A program made the translations under genes and the position numbers. From contig NW_025767079.1 of the NCBI RefSeq assembly GCF_003918875.1, forward strand, positions 2,852,001 through 2,916,000: DNA of 64,000 bases, written 5' to 3'. The notes beneath the pieces are model-generated. The model was given only the letters and a program-made list of their open reading frames with translations, did not search any database and was not told where the DNA came from. How positions within the stretch are numbered: position 1 is the stretch's first letter; every line of letters starts with the position of its first letter. This stretch comes from Haliotis rubra. Its lineage: Eukaryota. Of this stretch, positions 41,190 through 54,906 are shown piece after piece.

Positions 41190-41409
41190 CTAACCGACAA
41201 TGTTAGGGTTGGGGTCCTTCGTCGTGTGATGCTGGTTCTGTGCAGCTTGAAGGAGACGCGGCAGTGTCTGCGTCCATAAGGTGACCCGGTCCTTGTAGGG
41301 CTTGGATCCGACGGACATGGTGGTATTCAGCAGTAGATAGTGTTCCCCTGGCTCCGAGAACTGAGGCCAAGTCTGGTGCAGGCCATACTGTACAGCGTTG
41401 TTGGGATCA
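41190..41409 (-). CDS. Carboxylesterase terminal exon C5 (intact); probable partner of V14
   Basis: 220 nt; AG acceptor and TAG intact. Confidence 0.87.
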
Positions 41410-42735
41410 CTGTAATATAGAAACAGCCCTTATCAGGTCACTTAAAATACTTCACAACATTCAGCTGAGCTACATAACCTTTGCGTTATATCACTTTTAA
41501 TGACACAAGAGCCTGAAGTAAAAATCTCGAAAGTGAAACAAAATATGTAACTTTGATCATTGGAACATTCTTTGGTCGCAACTAGTCAAGGATAAGGTAA
41601 GTACATATGATCAAATACAGTTGGTCAATGTACTGCTGACGATGACGTATTCTTGTCATTCCTCCTTGGAGGTATCCCTGACCCCTGTAAAGATGTATTA
41701 GTTGTAACATTTGGTCAGAACTGGTTGTAATCATTACTTCCTCAGTTCGCAGTTGGGAGAGCATACTCCGGCAATGTTCATAAATACCTACAGATCTTCC
41801 ACAATGGAACATCACTGTATAATTCAAGTACTAATAGACAAATTTCTGTACTGTTGTTTATCAGATAAATGTAATCTTCATTTTATGGAGGAAATAAAGA
41901 ATATCTATCTATTTCCCATTTGTCAAATGAATCATACCTTTAACCAAATGAGCTTGAAATACAAACAATAACAGTGCAATGACTGTCTGCTGGGGATAGG
42001 TGCCCCACTCTGGGAGTCTGGGTTCAAATCCCGGATGGGACTCAACCTGACAAAACTATTAAAATCTGAACTTTAGTCAGAAAGTGTAATCCCAAATCCC
42101 TATCATATGGGAAAACAAGGCAATAGAAATACATTGTGTGTTGCGGAAAGTTTAGCGTATTCTGTAAGGGTAAGAAGTTTAAAATACTCATGTACTTCAA
42201 TGTGCCAATCAATTGCTGACGAACAACACATTTGCACTTTCATCCTACCTTACTGACAGAATCAAACCAACAAAGCCCACCGCATTCCATACACATTTTT
42301 AAGAAGATTATTTGGTGAACATACCCATGATGTCTTTCAGAAGTCACAAGCAATCAAACGATTGCTTTCTCCCATTCGACCCGTGAAGATCCGGGGTAGA
42401 ATAGGTCTTCAACAACCCATGCTTGCCACAAAAGGCGACTATGCCTGTCATAAGAGGCGACTAACGGGATCGGGTGGTCAGGCTCGCTGACTTGGTTGAC
42501 ACATGTCATCGGTTCCCAATTGCGCAGATCGATGCTCATGCTGTTGATCACTGGATTGTCTGGTCCAGACTCGATTATTTACAGACCGACGCCATATAGC
42601 GGGGATACTGCTGAGTATCGGCGTAAAACTAAACTCACTCACTCACTCACTTTCTCCCATTCTGACACACGCAAACTAAACTCGTCCGTCCTAATTCTTA
42701 CAACCATTCTTGTTAAAACGTTTTACCAAACATAC

Positions 42736-44296
42736 CCATATCTTGCAAAATCTGTCAGCAGACCGATCAATGTTTGTGAGAGTTTCCTTTCCGATTTATC
42801 TGGATCTGTTGAACTGATGGGGAAAACCTTTGCGAAAGCACCCAAGATGGCTTTGCTGAGACCAAAAGTGTAATAGAGGTCTTCGCCATCATCTATCCCC
42901 TTGCCCTGACCGCTCATAAAGGATGGGATGTGGTCAAACACATACATGTAGGTCTTCTTCCCCGTTTTCAAGCTGCTGGTCAGCTTTGAATGGGCCCTCG
43001 CAAAGAGCGTCCCTGGGGCAACCATTCCAGCATCACCAAGAGTGTCCATTACTGCCTGAAGAGTAACGGTATGGCTTTGAGAGGGGGCATACACCTTAAC
43101 CACGGCCTGTGTCATGTCAGAAGAGGATGTTCCGAAATAAACCTGAAGAACCTCTGGGACGAAGATGTTCCTGTAGAATGTCTTGTTCTCAACTGATGAG
43201 GATAATGAGGAGTGGAACAGATAATCAGCTGCTTTTCAAAGTCTCTTGAACAGCCCATCTTCATTGCTTACCACCGACACCATGCAGTCCAGATTTTGGA
43301 TACCTGCTTTAGATAACCTGGGGAGCTCATTAGTAACAACGGGTCGTCTTTGACAAATATCCCATCAATAGTAGGTACAAAATAGAACTCGGCTAATGCT
43401 GTGACGGGTTCATTTCCCATTGGCCATGATGATGCAGTCAACTTCTTGGCAGACACGGTCCTCAGACAGGCGACCATGGATACGGAATCGCTCTGGGAGG
43501 AACAGTTTACTTTTTGAGCCAGTTGTCGTGCATATTTCAGAGGGTTCCTTGTATAAGCCCATGAGGACGAGGCAGACCCGCTCTGCATGATTGTCCTCTG
43601 AAACAAACCCTTGGACCCTGAGTACAAGGCCTGGAATGCCACACTAGCGGATCCTGCTGATTGTCCCATGAGGGTAATGCTGTTGATGTCCCCGCCAAAA
43701 GATGCAATATTCTTCTTAACCCATTTCAGAGCAAGATGCTGGTCCCAGAGGCCATAGTTTCCCGCTGACACGTGGTCCTTTGTGCTGAGGAACCCAAGTG
43801 GCCCCAAGCGGTATTGGATGGTGACGACTATGACCTGTCCATGGGCAACTATCGATGAAGGATCATAGGAGAAAGCATCTCCTGAAACGAATCCCCCTCT
43901 ATGTATCCAGACAAGTACAGGTATGTTACTGGTTTCCGTAATTGAGACTGGAGTGAATGCATTCAATGTTAAGCAATCCTCGTCCCCAGTGGCACCATAT
44001 CCACCAAACGCCTTGAGAGTTTGGACGCAAGCTGGACCATAACTGTTGGCTTTAAAGATGTGATTAAACCCAGGATGTGGTTGTGGTCGCTTGAACCGTC
44101 CGCCCCCAGTAGGCGGAACTGCAAAGGGGATTCCTAAATATGCATGATAAGGTGTCCAGTCCTCGGTGACGTTCGTGGTCCCCTCAACTATACCCCAAGG
44201 GGTGTCGATGATGGGTTGAGCGTTGAGTTATTGCAAGGTAAACAACAAGGTGAAGACACCGATGAGAACCATTGTGTTGTTTTGAAGAACGAACAT
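42736..44296 (-). pseudogene. Full-length but disabled first exon V13
   Basis: TAA in the signal peptide, HRGGF, frameshift after LKQV, His->Asp (IDDGEDL). Confidence 0.9.
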
Positions 44297-45494
44297 ACTC
44301 TTAAAGTTTTAAAGCTTATTATTTTATGTAACAGTCACGTGTGTTGTTCAATCGCAATGGTAGTATAAATAGCTTTCAAGATACAAGATACCCTAGTTAA
44401 CTCCTCTTTATCTGCAATGAAAAATCGGCCAGACAATTTCAACATTTGTGCATAAATGATAGCTTGGATTCAAACCACTTCGATGCCTGTTTATGTTATT
44501 TTCTTCACTCGAACTGCAAAGGCTATGCCCACTCGTCCCGAGAACTTATTAGAATCAACGCTGATTAGCTGATGAAGCACTTCGGACAAAACCCAGGAGA
44601 GGCACAACAGGAACAACTGCTTGCTAACAATTCTGACCACATGATCGCCTGAACAAGATTCGATTATTTTCACTCTATAAACATCCAGATAGTATTATCG
44701 CAAAGTGCGACATTAAACAAAAACAACCAAAATGTTCTTCGTTCTTAGCCCCGTTCCACAAGACCGCCTTAGCATCATGATTGTTCGACTCTGTTGTGAA
44801 TATTTGTTAAAACATAGACGTCATGGTCATCTTGACACTTCTTTTTGACTTTGTGAAACATGATTTATGTGCCCAGTTCCATTCTAAGCCTCAATACTAT
44901 AAGTATTACCTAGGGGGAAATTTAGACATTTCTCATGGAATAGGCCTCACGCCTGACTGCGAATTGATCATGTTAAAAGAAGTATGGTTTGCATGACTTC
45001 ATTCTGAGTTGCTCGGACTGTCATTTGTCTAGAGCCAATCCACCCTTCAAAGAGGACCAGTGCTTCTTAGTAACTTCTTGTCCATAGTTGATTATGAACA
45101 GACTGGACTTCTGCCGAATGGTGCATAACACAACAATCTTACAAGTGAGGTTTGCATGACTTCATTCATTCTTAGTTGCTTGGATTTTTTAATTTGTCAA
45201 GAGCCAGTTCAGCCTTCAAAGAGGACCAATGCTTCTTCGTAATTCCTCATCCATAGTTGATTATGAACAGGCTGGAATACTGCCGAATGGTGCATCTCAC
45301 AACAGTCTTACAAACAAAATATTTGCTCACTCTCTTTGTAACATATTAACACATTCAAGCTCAAATAATTCACCGCGTTCCAGAGATTGTTCTTGTAAAC
45401 AATATTTGACACACCTACATATTAACACATTCAAGCTCAAATAATTCACCGCGTTCCAGAGATTGTTCTTGTAAACAATATTTGACACACCTAC

Positions 45495-47035
45495 CCATGT
45501 CTTGAGAAATCTGTGAGCAGTCCCATCAATGTATGTGCCAGCTTCTTTTCGGATTGGTCTGGATCTGTTAAAGTGTTGGGGAACGCCTTTGCCATAGCAG
45601 CGAGGTAGGCTTTGCTGAGACCAAACGTGTACATGAGGTCTTCACCATGATCCATCCCCTTGCCATGACCAATGATGAAGGATGGGATGTGGTCAAACAC
45701 ATACATGTAGGTCTTCTTCCTTGTTTTCAAGCTGCTGGTCAGCTTTGCATGAGCCCTCGCAAAGAGCGTCGCCGGGGCAACCATTCCAGCATCACTAAGA
45801 GTGTTCATTACTGCCTGAAGAGTAACGCTATGACTTTGAGAGGGGGCATACACCTTAGCCACCGCCTGTGTCATGTCAGAAGAGGATGCTCCAAAATAAA
45901 CCCGCAGCATCTCTGGGATGAAGCTGTTTCTGTAGAATCGATTGTTCTCAACTGATGAGGATAATGAGGAGTGGAACTGTTTATCAGCTGCTTTTGTAAC
46001 TATTTGAATCCGTCCACCTTCACTGCTTACCACCGACACCATGCAGTCCAGATTTTGAAGTCCTACCTGCTTCAGGTAAGTTTGGGAGTTCATTAGCTTT
46101 AGCGGATCGTCTTTGACAAACACCCCATCAATAGTAGGTACAAAGTAGAACTCGGCTAATGCTGTGACGGGTTCATTTCCCATTGGCCATGATGCTGCAG
46201 TCAACTTCTTGGCAGACACGGTCCTCAGACAGGCGACCATGGATGCGGAATCGCTCTGGGAGGAACAGTTGACTTTTTGAGCCAGTTGTCTTGCATATTT
46301 CAGAGGGTTCCTTGTGTAAGCCCATGAGGACGAGGCAGACCCGCTCTGCATGATTGTCCTCTGAAACAAACCCTTGGACCCTGAGTACAAGGCCTGGAAT
46401 GCCACACTAGCGGATCCTGCTGATTGTCCCATGAGGGTAATGCTGTTGATGTCCCCGCCAAAAGATGCAATGTTTTTCTTAACCCATTGCAGAGCAAGAT
46501 GTTGGTCCCAGAGGCCATAGTTTCCCGCTGACACTTTGTCCATTGTGCTGAAGAACCCAAGTGGCCCCAAACGATATTGGATGGTCACCACTATCACCTG
46601 TCCATGGGCAACGATCGATGAAGGATTATAGGTGATAGCATTCCCAACGATAAATCCCCCTCCATGTATCCAGACAATTACAGGAATGCTCCTGGTTTCC
46701 GTAATTGAGGCTGGTGTGAAAACATTGAGTGTTAAGCAATCCTCGCTCCCAGTAACACTACTTCTGCCAATCAAGTTGAGAGACTGAAGGCACGCTGGAC
46801 CATACTTGTAAGCTTTGAAGGTATGGTTAAACCCAGGATGTGGCTGTGGTTGCTTGAACCGTCTACTCCCAGTTGGCGGAACAGCGAAGGGGATTCCTAA
46901 GAATGCATGATAAGGGGTCCAGTCTTCTGTGACGTTTGTGATCCCCTCAACTACACCCCACGGGGCGTCGATGACAGGCAGGGCGTTAATGTGTTGCAAG
47001 GCGAACAGCAACGTGAAGACCCCGATGAGAACCAT
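45495..47035 (-). CDS. Carboxylesterase first exon V14 (intact, GQSAG variant)
   Basis: Open 514-aa frame; GQSAG, SSEG, MDHGEDL; donor GG|GTAGGT at 45495. Confidence 0.9.
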
Positions 47036-47704
47036 GGTGTTTGTTTAAGGAACGACCACACTCTCGGGTTATTTTATGTGCCAGTCACTCGCTCTGATTG
47101 TATAAATAGCTGAAGATAACCTCAACTTTATCTCCATTGTAACATGTACTAGACAGATTGGACAATTCACATGTTCACAAATTGAGTTGGGATTAAATTC
47201 TCTCTGATGGCAGTTTATGTACATTTTCCCAAACTGAGAATTGGAAAGGATTTTCTCGCTCGTACCGAGAACAAATAAACCTCAACGTTGATTGCTTGAT
47301 CAGGCTGTTCATCTGAGGGGACCTCCTTACCTACGGAGGTCTCATCCTATCATGTTGAAGAAAGGTAGGGAATTGAAGGCATTTCACGTGAAATAGGCTT
47401 TATACCTGACTGCGAATAGATCATATTAAAAGAGATCGGGGTTACAGGACTTCATTTTGAGCTGCTTGGAGTTTTTAATTTGTCCGGGGCCAGTCAACCC
47501 TTCAAAGAGGACCAATGCTTCTTAGTAATTTCTGGTCCATAGTTGATTATGAACAGACAGTAATACTGACGAATGGTGCATCACACAACAGTCTTACAAA
47601 CATTATATTTACTCACTCTCCTTGTAACATATCAACACATTCAAGCTCAAACAGTTCACCGCATTCCCGAGATTTTTCTTCTAAACAATATTTGAGATAC
47701 CTAC

Positions 47705-49269
47705 CCATGTCTTGCAAAATCTGTCAGCAGTCACATCATCATATGTGCAAGCTTCTTTTCGGATTGGTCTGGATCTGTTATTGTGTTGGGGAACGCCTTT
47801 GTCATAGCAGCGAGGTAGGCTTTGCTGAGACCAAACGTGTACATGAGGTCTTCACCATGATCCATCCCCTTGCCATGACCAATGATAAAGGATGGGATGT
47901 GGTCAAACACATACATGTAGGTCTTCTTCCCCGTTTTGGAGCTGCTGGTCAGCTTTGAATGAGCCCTGGCAAAGAGTGTCGCTGGTGCAACCATTCCAAC
48001 ATCACCAAGAGTGTTCATTCCTGCCTGAAGAGTAACAGTATGACTTTGAGAGGGGGCATACACCTTAGCCACGGCCTGTGTCATGTCAGAAGAGGATGTT
48101 CCGAAATATAGCTGTAGAATCGCTGGGATGAAGATGTTTCTGTAGAATCGATTGTTCTCAACTGATGAGGATAATGAGGAGTGGAACTGTTTATCAGCTG
48201 CTTTTGTAACTATTTGAATCAGTCCACCTTCATTGCTTACCACCGACACCATGCAGTCCAGATTTTGAAGTCCTACCTGCTTTAAATAACCTGGGGAGTT
48301 CATTAGCTTTAGCGGATCGTCCTTGACAAACACCCCATCAATAGTTGGTATAAAATAGAACTGGAATAATGCTGTGACGGGTTCATTTCCCATTGGCCAT
48401 GATGCTGCAACCAACTTCTTGGCAGGAATACTCCTCAGACAGGTGAGCATTGATGCCGGGTCGCTCTGGGAGAAACAGTTAAGCTTATGAGCCAGTTGTC
48501 GAGCATATTTCAGAGGGTTCCTTGTGTGAGCCCATGAGAACGAGGCAGACCCGCTCTGCATGATTATCCTCTGAAACAAATCCTTGGACCCTGTGTACAA
48601 AGCCTGGAATGCCACACTAGCGGATCCTGCTGATTCTCCCATGAGGGTAATGCTGTTGATGTCCCCGCCAAAAGATGCAATATTCTTCTTAACCCATTGC
48701 AGAGCAAGATGTTGGTCCCAGAGGCCATAGTTTCCGGCTGACACTTTGTCCTTTGTGCTGAGGAACCCGAGCGGCCCCAAACGATATTGGATGGTCACCA
48801 CTATTACCTGACCATGGGCAACGATCGATGAAGGATCAAAGGTGAAAGCATCCCCACCAATGAATCCCCCTCCATGTATCCAGACAATTACAGGTATGTT
48901 ACTGGTTTCCGCAATTGAGGCTGGTGTGAATACATTCAGTGTTAATCAATCCTCCTTTCCAGTGACACCATATCCAACAGTCGTCTTGAGAGTTTGGGGG
49001 CATGCTGGACCATAACTGTTGGCTTTGAAGGTGTAGTTAAACCCAGGATGTGGTTGTGGTCGCTTGAACCGTTTGCTCCCTGTAGGTGGAACTGCAAAAG
49101 GGATTCCTAAAAATGCATGATAAGGTGTCCAGTCCTCGGTGACGTTCGTGGTCCCCTCAACTATACCCCAAGGGGTGTCGATGATGGGTTGAGCGTTGAG
49201 TTATTGCAAGGTAAACAACAAGGTGAAGACACCGATGAGAACCATTGTGTTGTTTTGAAGAACGAACAT
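47705..49269 (-). pseudogene. Full-length but disabled first exon V15
   Basis: Same signal-peptide TAA as V13, TGA replacing the Cys of EDCL, and a stop near the 3' end. Confidence 0.88.
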
Positions 49270-50218
49270 ACTCTTAAAGTTTTAAAGCTTATTATTTTAT
49301 GTAACAGTCACGTGTGTTGTGCAATCGCAATGGCAGTATAAATAGCTTTCATGCAAGATACCCTAGTTAACTCTTCCTTATCTGCAATGAAAAATCGACC
49401 AGACACTTTCAACATTAGAAATGTTCACAAATGATAGTCAGGATGGATTCAAGCCGCTTTGATGCCTGTTTATGTTATTTTCTTCACTCGAACTGCAAAG
49501 GCCCTGTCCGCTCGTCCCGAGAACTAATTAGACTAGGCGCTAATTAGCTGATGAAGCACTTCGGACAAACATCAGGAGAGGCACAACAGGAACAACTGCT
49601 TGCTAACAATTCTGACCACTTGATCGCCTGAACAAGATTCGATTATTTTCACTCTATAAACATTCAGATAGTATTATCGCAAAGTGCGACATTAAACAAA
49701 AACAACCAAAATGATCTTCGTTCTTAGCCCCGTTCCACAAGGCCGTCTTAGCGTCATGACTGTTCGACTCTGTTGTGAATATTTGTTAAAACATGGACGT
49801 CATGGTCATCCTGACACATCTTTTTGACTTTGTGAAACATAAGTTTTGTGCCCAGTTCCATTCTAAGCCTTAATGCTATAAGTATTACCTAGGGGATGGA
49901 GACATTTCTCATGGAATAGGCCTTACACCTGACTGCGAATTGATCATATCAAAAGAAGTGTGGTTTGCATGACTTCATTTTGAGTTGCTTGGAGTTTTTC
50001 ATTTGTCCAGGGCTAGTCAACCCTTAATAGAGGCCAATGTTTCTTAGTAATTTCTGGTCCATAGTTGATTATGAACAGGCTGGAATACTGCCGAATGGTA
50101 CATCACACAACAGTCTTACAAACAAAATATGTGCTGACTCTCTTTGTAACACATTAAATCTCAAATAGTTTGCCACATTCCCGAGATAGTTCTTGTAAAC
50201 AATATTTGAGATACCTAC

Positions 50219-51295
50219 CCATGTCTTGTGAAATCTGTGAGCAGTCCCATCACCGTATGTGCAAGCTCCTTGTCCGATTGGTCTGGATCAGTTATATTGC
50301 ATGAGAACGCTTTTGCCATAGCAACCACGTATTCTTTGAAACCAAAAGTGTATACGAGGTCTTCACCATGATCCATCCCCTTGGTCAAACACATACATGT
50401 AGGTCTTCTTTCCCGTTTTCAAGCTTCTGCTCAGCTTTGCATGTGACCTCGCAAAGAGTGTCGCTGGGGCAACCATTCCAGCATCACCAAGAGGGTTCTT
50501 TCCTGCCTGAAGAGTAACGCTATGGCTTTGAGAGGGGGCATACACCTTCGCCACCGCCTGTGTCATGTCAGAAGAAGATGTTCAGAAATATAGCTGTAGA
50601 ATCTCTGGGATGAAGGTGTTTCTGTAGAATCGATTGTTCTGAACTGATGAGGATAATGAGGAGTGGAACTGTTTATCAGCTGTTTTTGCAACTATTTGAA
50701 TCAGCCCACCTTCACTGCAGTCCAAATTTTGAAGTCCTACCTGCTTTAAATAACCTGGGGAGTTCATTAGCGTCAGAGGATCGTCTTTGACAAACACCCC
50801 ATCAATAGTTGGTACAAAATGAAATCGACTAATGCTGTGACGGGTTCATTGCCCATTGGCCATGATGCTGCAGTCAACTTCTTCGCAGACACGGTCCTCA
50901 GACAGGCGATCATGGATGCGGAATCGCCCTGGGAGGAGAAGTTCATTTTATGAGCCAGTTGTCGAGCATATTTCAAAGAGTTCCTTGTATAAGCCAGTGA
51001 AGACGATGCAGACCTGCTCTGCATGACTGTCCTCTGATCCTGCTGATTCTCCCATGAGGGTAATACTCTTGATGTCCCCGCCAAAAGATGCAATGGTTTT
51101 TTTAATCCATTGCAGAGCAAGATGTTGGTCCCAGAGGCCATAGTTTCCCGCTGACACATCGTCCTCTGTGCTGAGGAACCCAAGCAGCCCAAGCGATATT
51201 GGATGGTCACAACTATGACCTGTACAAGGGCAACGATCAGTGAAGAGTCATAAATGATAGCATCCCCTGCGACGAATCCCCCTCCATGTATCCAG
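50219..51295 (-). pseudogene. First exon V16, truncated and frameshifted
   Basis: Shares the post-GESAG deletion and the fusion junction with V5 and V8. Confidence 0.87.
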
Positions 51296-51582
51296 AGTTA
51301 ATTAGAACCAGTGGATCGTCTTTGACCAACACCCCATCAATAGTAGGTACAAAATAGAACTAGGCTAATGCTGTGACGGGTTCATTTCCCATTGGCCATG
51401 AGGCTGCAGTCAACCTCTTGGCAGACACGGTCCTCAGACAGGCGATCATGGATGCGGAATCGCTCTGGGAGGAACAGTTTACTTTATGAGCCAGTTGTCT
51501 TGCATATTTCAGAGAGTTCCTTGTGTGAGCCCACGAGGAAGAGGCAGACCCACTCTGCATGACTATCCTCTGGAACAAACCC
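51296..51582 (-). pseudogene. Internal first-exon fragment V17
   Basis: GLFQR...DPLVL segment abutting the satellite. Confidence 0.85.
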
Positions 51583-51943
51583 AATTACGGATAATCTCAT
51601 GGTGCTGTCGTTGCACAGCGGCCGGTAATCTGAAATTGCAGTCGTTGCACAGCTGCCGGTAATCTGAAGCTGCAGTCGTTGCACAACTGCCGATAATCTG
51701 AAGCTGCAGTCGTTGCACAGCTGCCGGTAATCTGAAGCTGCCGTCGTTGCACAACTGCCGGTAATCTGAAGCTGCAGTCGTTGCACAGCTGCCGATAATC
51801 TCATGTTGCAGTCGTTGACAACTGCCAATTATCTGAAGCTGCAGTCGTTGCACAGCTGCCGATAATCTCATGTTGCAGTCGTTTACAAGTACCCATTATC
51901 TGAAGCTGCAGTCGTTGCATAGCTGCCGATAATCTGATGTTGC
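51583..51943. repeat. 34-bp minisatellite, ~10-11 units
   Basis: Direct tandem repeats. Confidence 0.95.
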
Positions 51944-52053
51944 GGCTTCTTCACGGTGTGATGGGAGAGGCATGTCGGCGGAACTGCGTAGGGGATTTCT
52001 AAGACTGCATCGCAGAATGTTCCAGCCACTTGGTGCAATTCACATTTTTACAA

Positions 52054-52210
52054 NNNNNNNNNNNNNNNNNNNNNNNNNNNNNNNNNNNNNNNNNNNNNNN
52101 NNNNNNNNNNNNNNNNNNNNNNNNNNNNNNNNNNNNNNNNNNNNNNNNNNNNNNNNNNNNNNNNNNNNNNNNNNNNNNNNNNNNNNNNNNNNNNNNNNNN
52201 NNNNNNNNNN
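52054..52210. other. Assembly gap (N run)
   Basis: 157 Ns; the flanks match paralogous sequence around 17313-17520. Confidence 0.99.
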
Positions 52211-52798
52211 CTCCTTTCAGAGCCACGTAAAACCATATTCACTCACTTTCAGAATGTAGAATCCTCAAGTCGGGTAAACAAACCAAGGCTCTTGATAGAA
52301 GCTAATCTTGGTTCGAATCAAAGCCTAACGGTTCCTGGAATCTGAGGCAGAGAATACTGCGATGTATTAGGACAGCTGCCAACCGCGTTAAGCAAATCAG
52401 CCCTAGGGGAGTATTTATCAGCTGTATATTTTAAACGGCAACTTAATTTTGCACAATTTGTGAAATGACGTGTTCAGTAGATATCATCATTGATCCGAAC
52501 TAACATATGGCTGTTCACAGAAATATTTTAACAACTATCACGAACATAAGTGCACAGATTGACACAACGCAACTCATGGAACAAATATTTTTAAACGGAT
52601 ATCAAACTTGATCGAGCAGCCTTGCGAAGCGTACGTAAAATACTGTTATAGGTTTTGGAAACATTTCATGGGTGTCTTTAATTATTCACCCCAAATTCAG
52701 ATGGTTTCGTCTGTTGTGTAACGCCGCACTCAGTAATATGGTTTCAGTCTGTAAAAAATCGATCCGGACCAGAAATTCCAGTGGTTGCTGAAGACCAG

Positions 52799-52903
52799 GG
52801 CCTAAATTTTTGAAGCTAGATTTTTGAAGACAGTCGTAAGTACCATACATTAACATTTACTTACGACTATCTTATCGCTAAGAGAGATTCGAAAATCTAG
52901 GCC
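52799..52903. mobile_element. Short palindromic MITE with 3-bp CAG TSD (PIF/Harbinger-like); left-half remnants near 6812, 25963, 32412
   Basis: gaagacCAG-ggccta...taggcc-CAGttcta, versus empty site gaagacCAGttcta near 18222 and 40995. Confidence 0.75.
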
Positions 52904-53093
52904 CAGTTCTAAACCGGACCTTCACCGGACTAACTCAACTCATATGAGCGCCGATGAGATCAGATATATGAACTGTTTACAATAATATCTGGTCCTGACG
53001 GCTTTTACATTTGTAACTCAATTACTCATTTAAATACAAATGAAATCCCACTTTTTTAATTCGAAAAGTCAGCATCTTGCAGTCGTTGCATGG

Positions 53094-53313
53094 CTAACCG
53101 ACAATGTTAGGGTGGGGGTTCTTTGTCGTGTGATGCTGGTTCTGTGCAGCTTGAAGGAGACGCGGCAGTGTCTGCGTCCATAGGGTGACCCGGTCCTTGT
53201 AGGGCTTGGATCCGACGGACATTGTGGTATTCAGCAGTAGATAGTGTTCCCCTGGCTCCGAGAACTGAGGCCAACTCTGCTGCAGGCCATACTGCACAGC
53301 GTTGTTTGGATCA
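53094..53313 (-). CDS. Carboxylesterase terminal exon C6 (intact)
   Basis: 220 nt; acceptor catttcAG; ORF track 53094-53297. Confidence 0.87.
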
Positions 53314-54906
53314 CTGAAATGTAGGAACAGCCCTCAATAATTATCAACTCACCTAAAATATTTCACAACATTGAGGTGAGCTACATAACCTTTGCGTTAT
53401 GTCACTTTTAATGACACAAGAGCCTGAAGTAAAAATTTCAAAAGTGAAACAAAATATGTAATTTTGATCATTAGGAACATTGCTTGGTCGCAACTAGTCA
53501 AGCATAAGGTAAGTACATATGGCCAAATGCAGTTGGTCAATGTACTGCAGCCAACGTTATCTATCAATAAGATCAGGACGAGAACATAGACTATGGATAC
53601 TCGCTTTGGAACGACCTCAGAACTTCACTGACATTGCGAGAATTATACCGCTAGGTGCAACTCCAATAGAATCAAAGGAATGTCTATGCGAAACAGTTGC
53701 TCACGACATTATGAAACATGTTTTTATGTCATGCAAGTATAACCTAGTAGAAAGGGATTCCCTATTTCAAAGAATCTGTGACATCCTTGACAAAGACATT
53801 TTGCTAAAATGTGGATGGAAGACGATGACGTATTCCTGTCATTCCTCCTTGGAGGTATACCTGACCCCTGTAGAGATGGACTAGTATTGGATTGTAACAC
53901 CTGGTCAGAACTGATCGTAATCATTACTTCCTCAGTTGGATGAGCATACTCCGGCAATGTTCATAAATACCTACAGATCTTTCACAATGGAACATTACTG
54001 TATAATTCAAGTACTAATAGACAATTTTCTGTACTGTTGTTTATCAGATAAATGTAATCTTCATTTTATGGAGGAAATAAAAAATATCTATCTATTTGCT
54101 ATTTGTCAAATTAATCTTGGCTTTAACCAAATGAGCTTGAAATACAAACTATAATAGTGCAATGAATGTCTGCTGGGGATAGGTGCCTCACTCTGGGAGT
54201 CTGGGTTCAAATCGCGGATGGGACTCAACCTGACAAAACTATTAAAATCTGTACTTTAGTCAGAAAGTGTAATCCCAAATCCCAATCATATGGGAAAACA
54301 AGGCAATAGAAATACATTGTGTGTTGCGGAAAGTTTAGCGTATTCTGTAAGTGTAAGAAGTTTACTATATACATGTATTTCAATGTGCCCATCCCTTGCT
54401 GACTAACAACACATTTGCACTCTCATCCTACCTTACTGACAGAATCATACCAACAAAGCTCACCGCATTCCATACACATTTTTATGAAGATTATTTGGCG
54501 AACATACCCATGATGTCTTTCAGCAGTTCGAAACAATCAAACGATGGCTTTCTCCCATTCGACCCGTGAAGATCCGGGGTAGAATAGGTCTTCAACAACC
54601 CATGCTTGCCACAAAAGGCGACTATGCCTGTCGTAAGAGGCGACTAACGGGATCGGGTGGTCAGGCTCGCTGACTTGGTTGACACATGTCATCGGTTCCC
54701 AATTGCGCAGATCGATGCTCATGCTGTTGATCACTGGATTGTCTGGCCCAGACTCGATTATTTACAGACCGACGCCATATAGCTGGAATACTGCTGAGTC
54801 TAAACTTACTCACTCGGTCACTTTCTCCCATTCTGACACACTCAAACTAAACTCGTCCGTCCTAATTTTTACAACCATTCTTGTTAAAACGTTTTACCAA
54901 CCATAC

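Noticed and set aside
51972-52259. ORFs containing X runs
   Set aside because: Artefacts of the N gap
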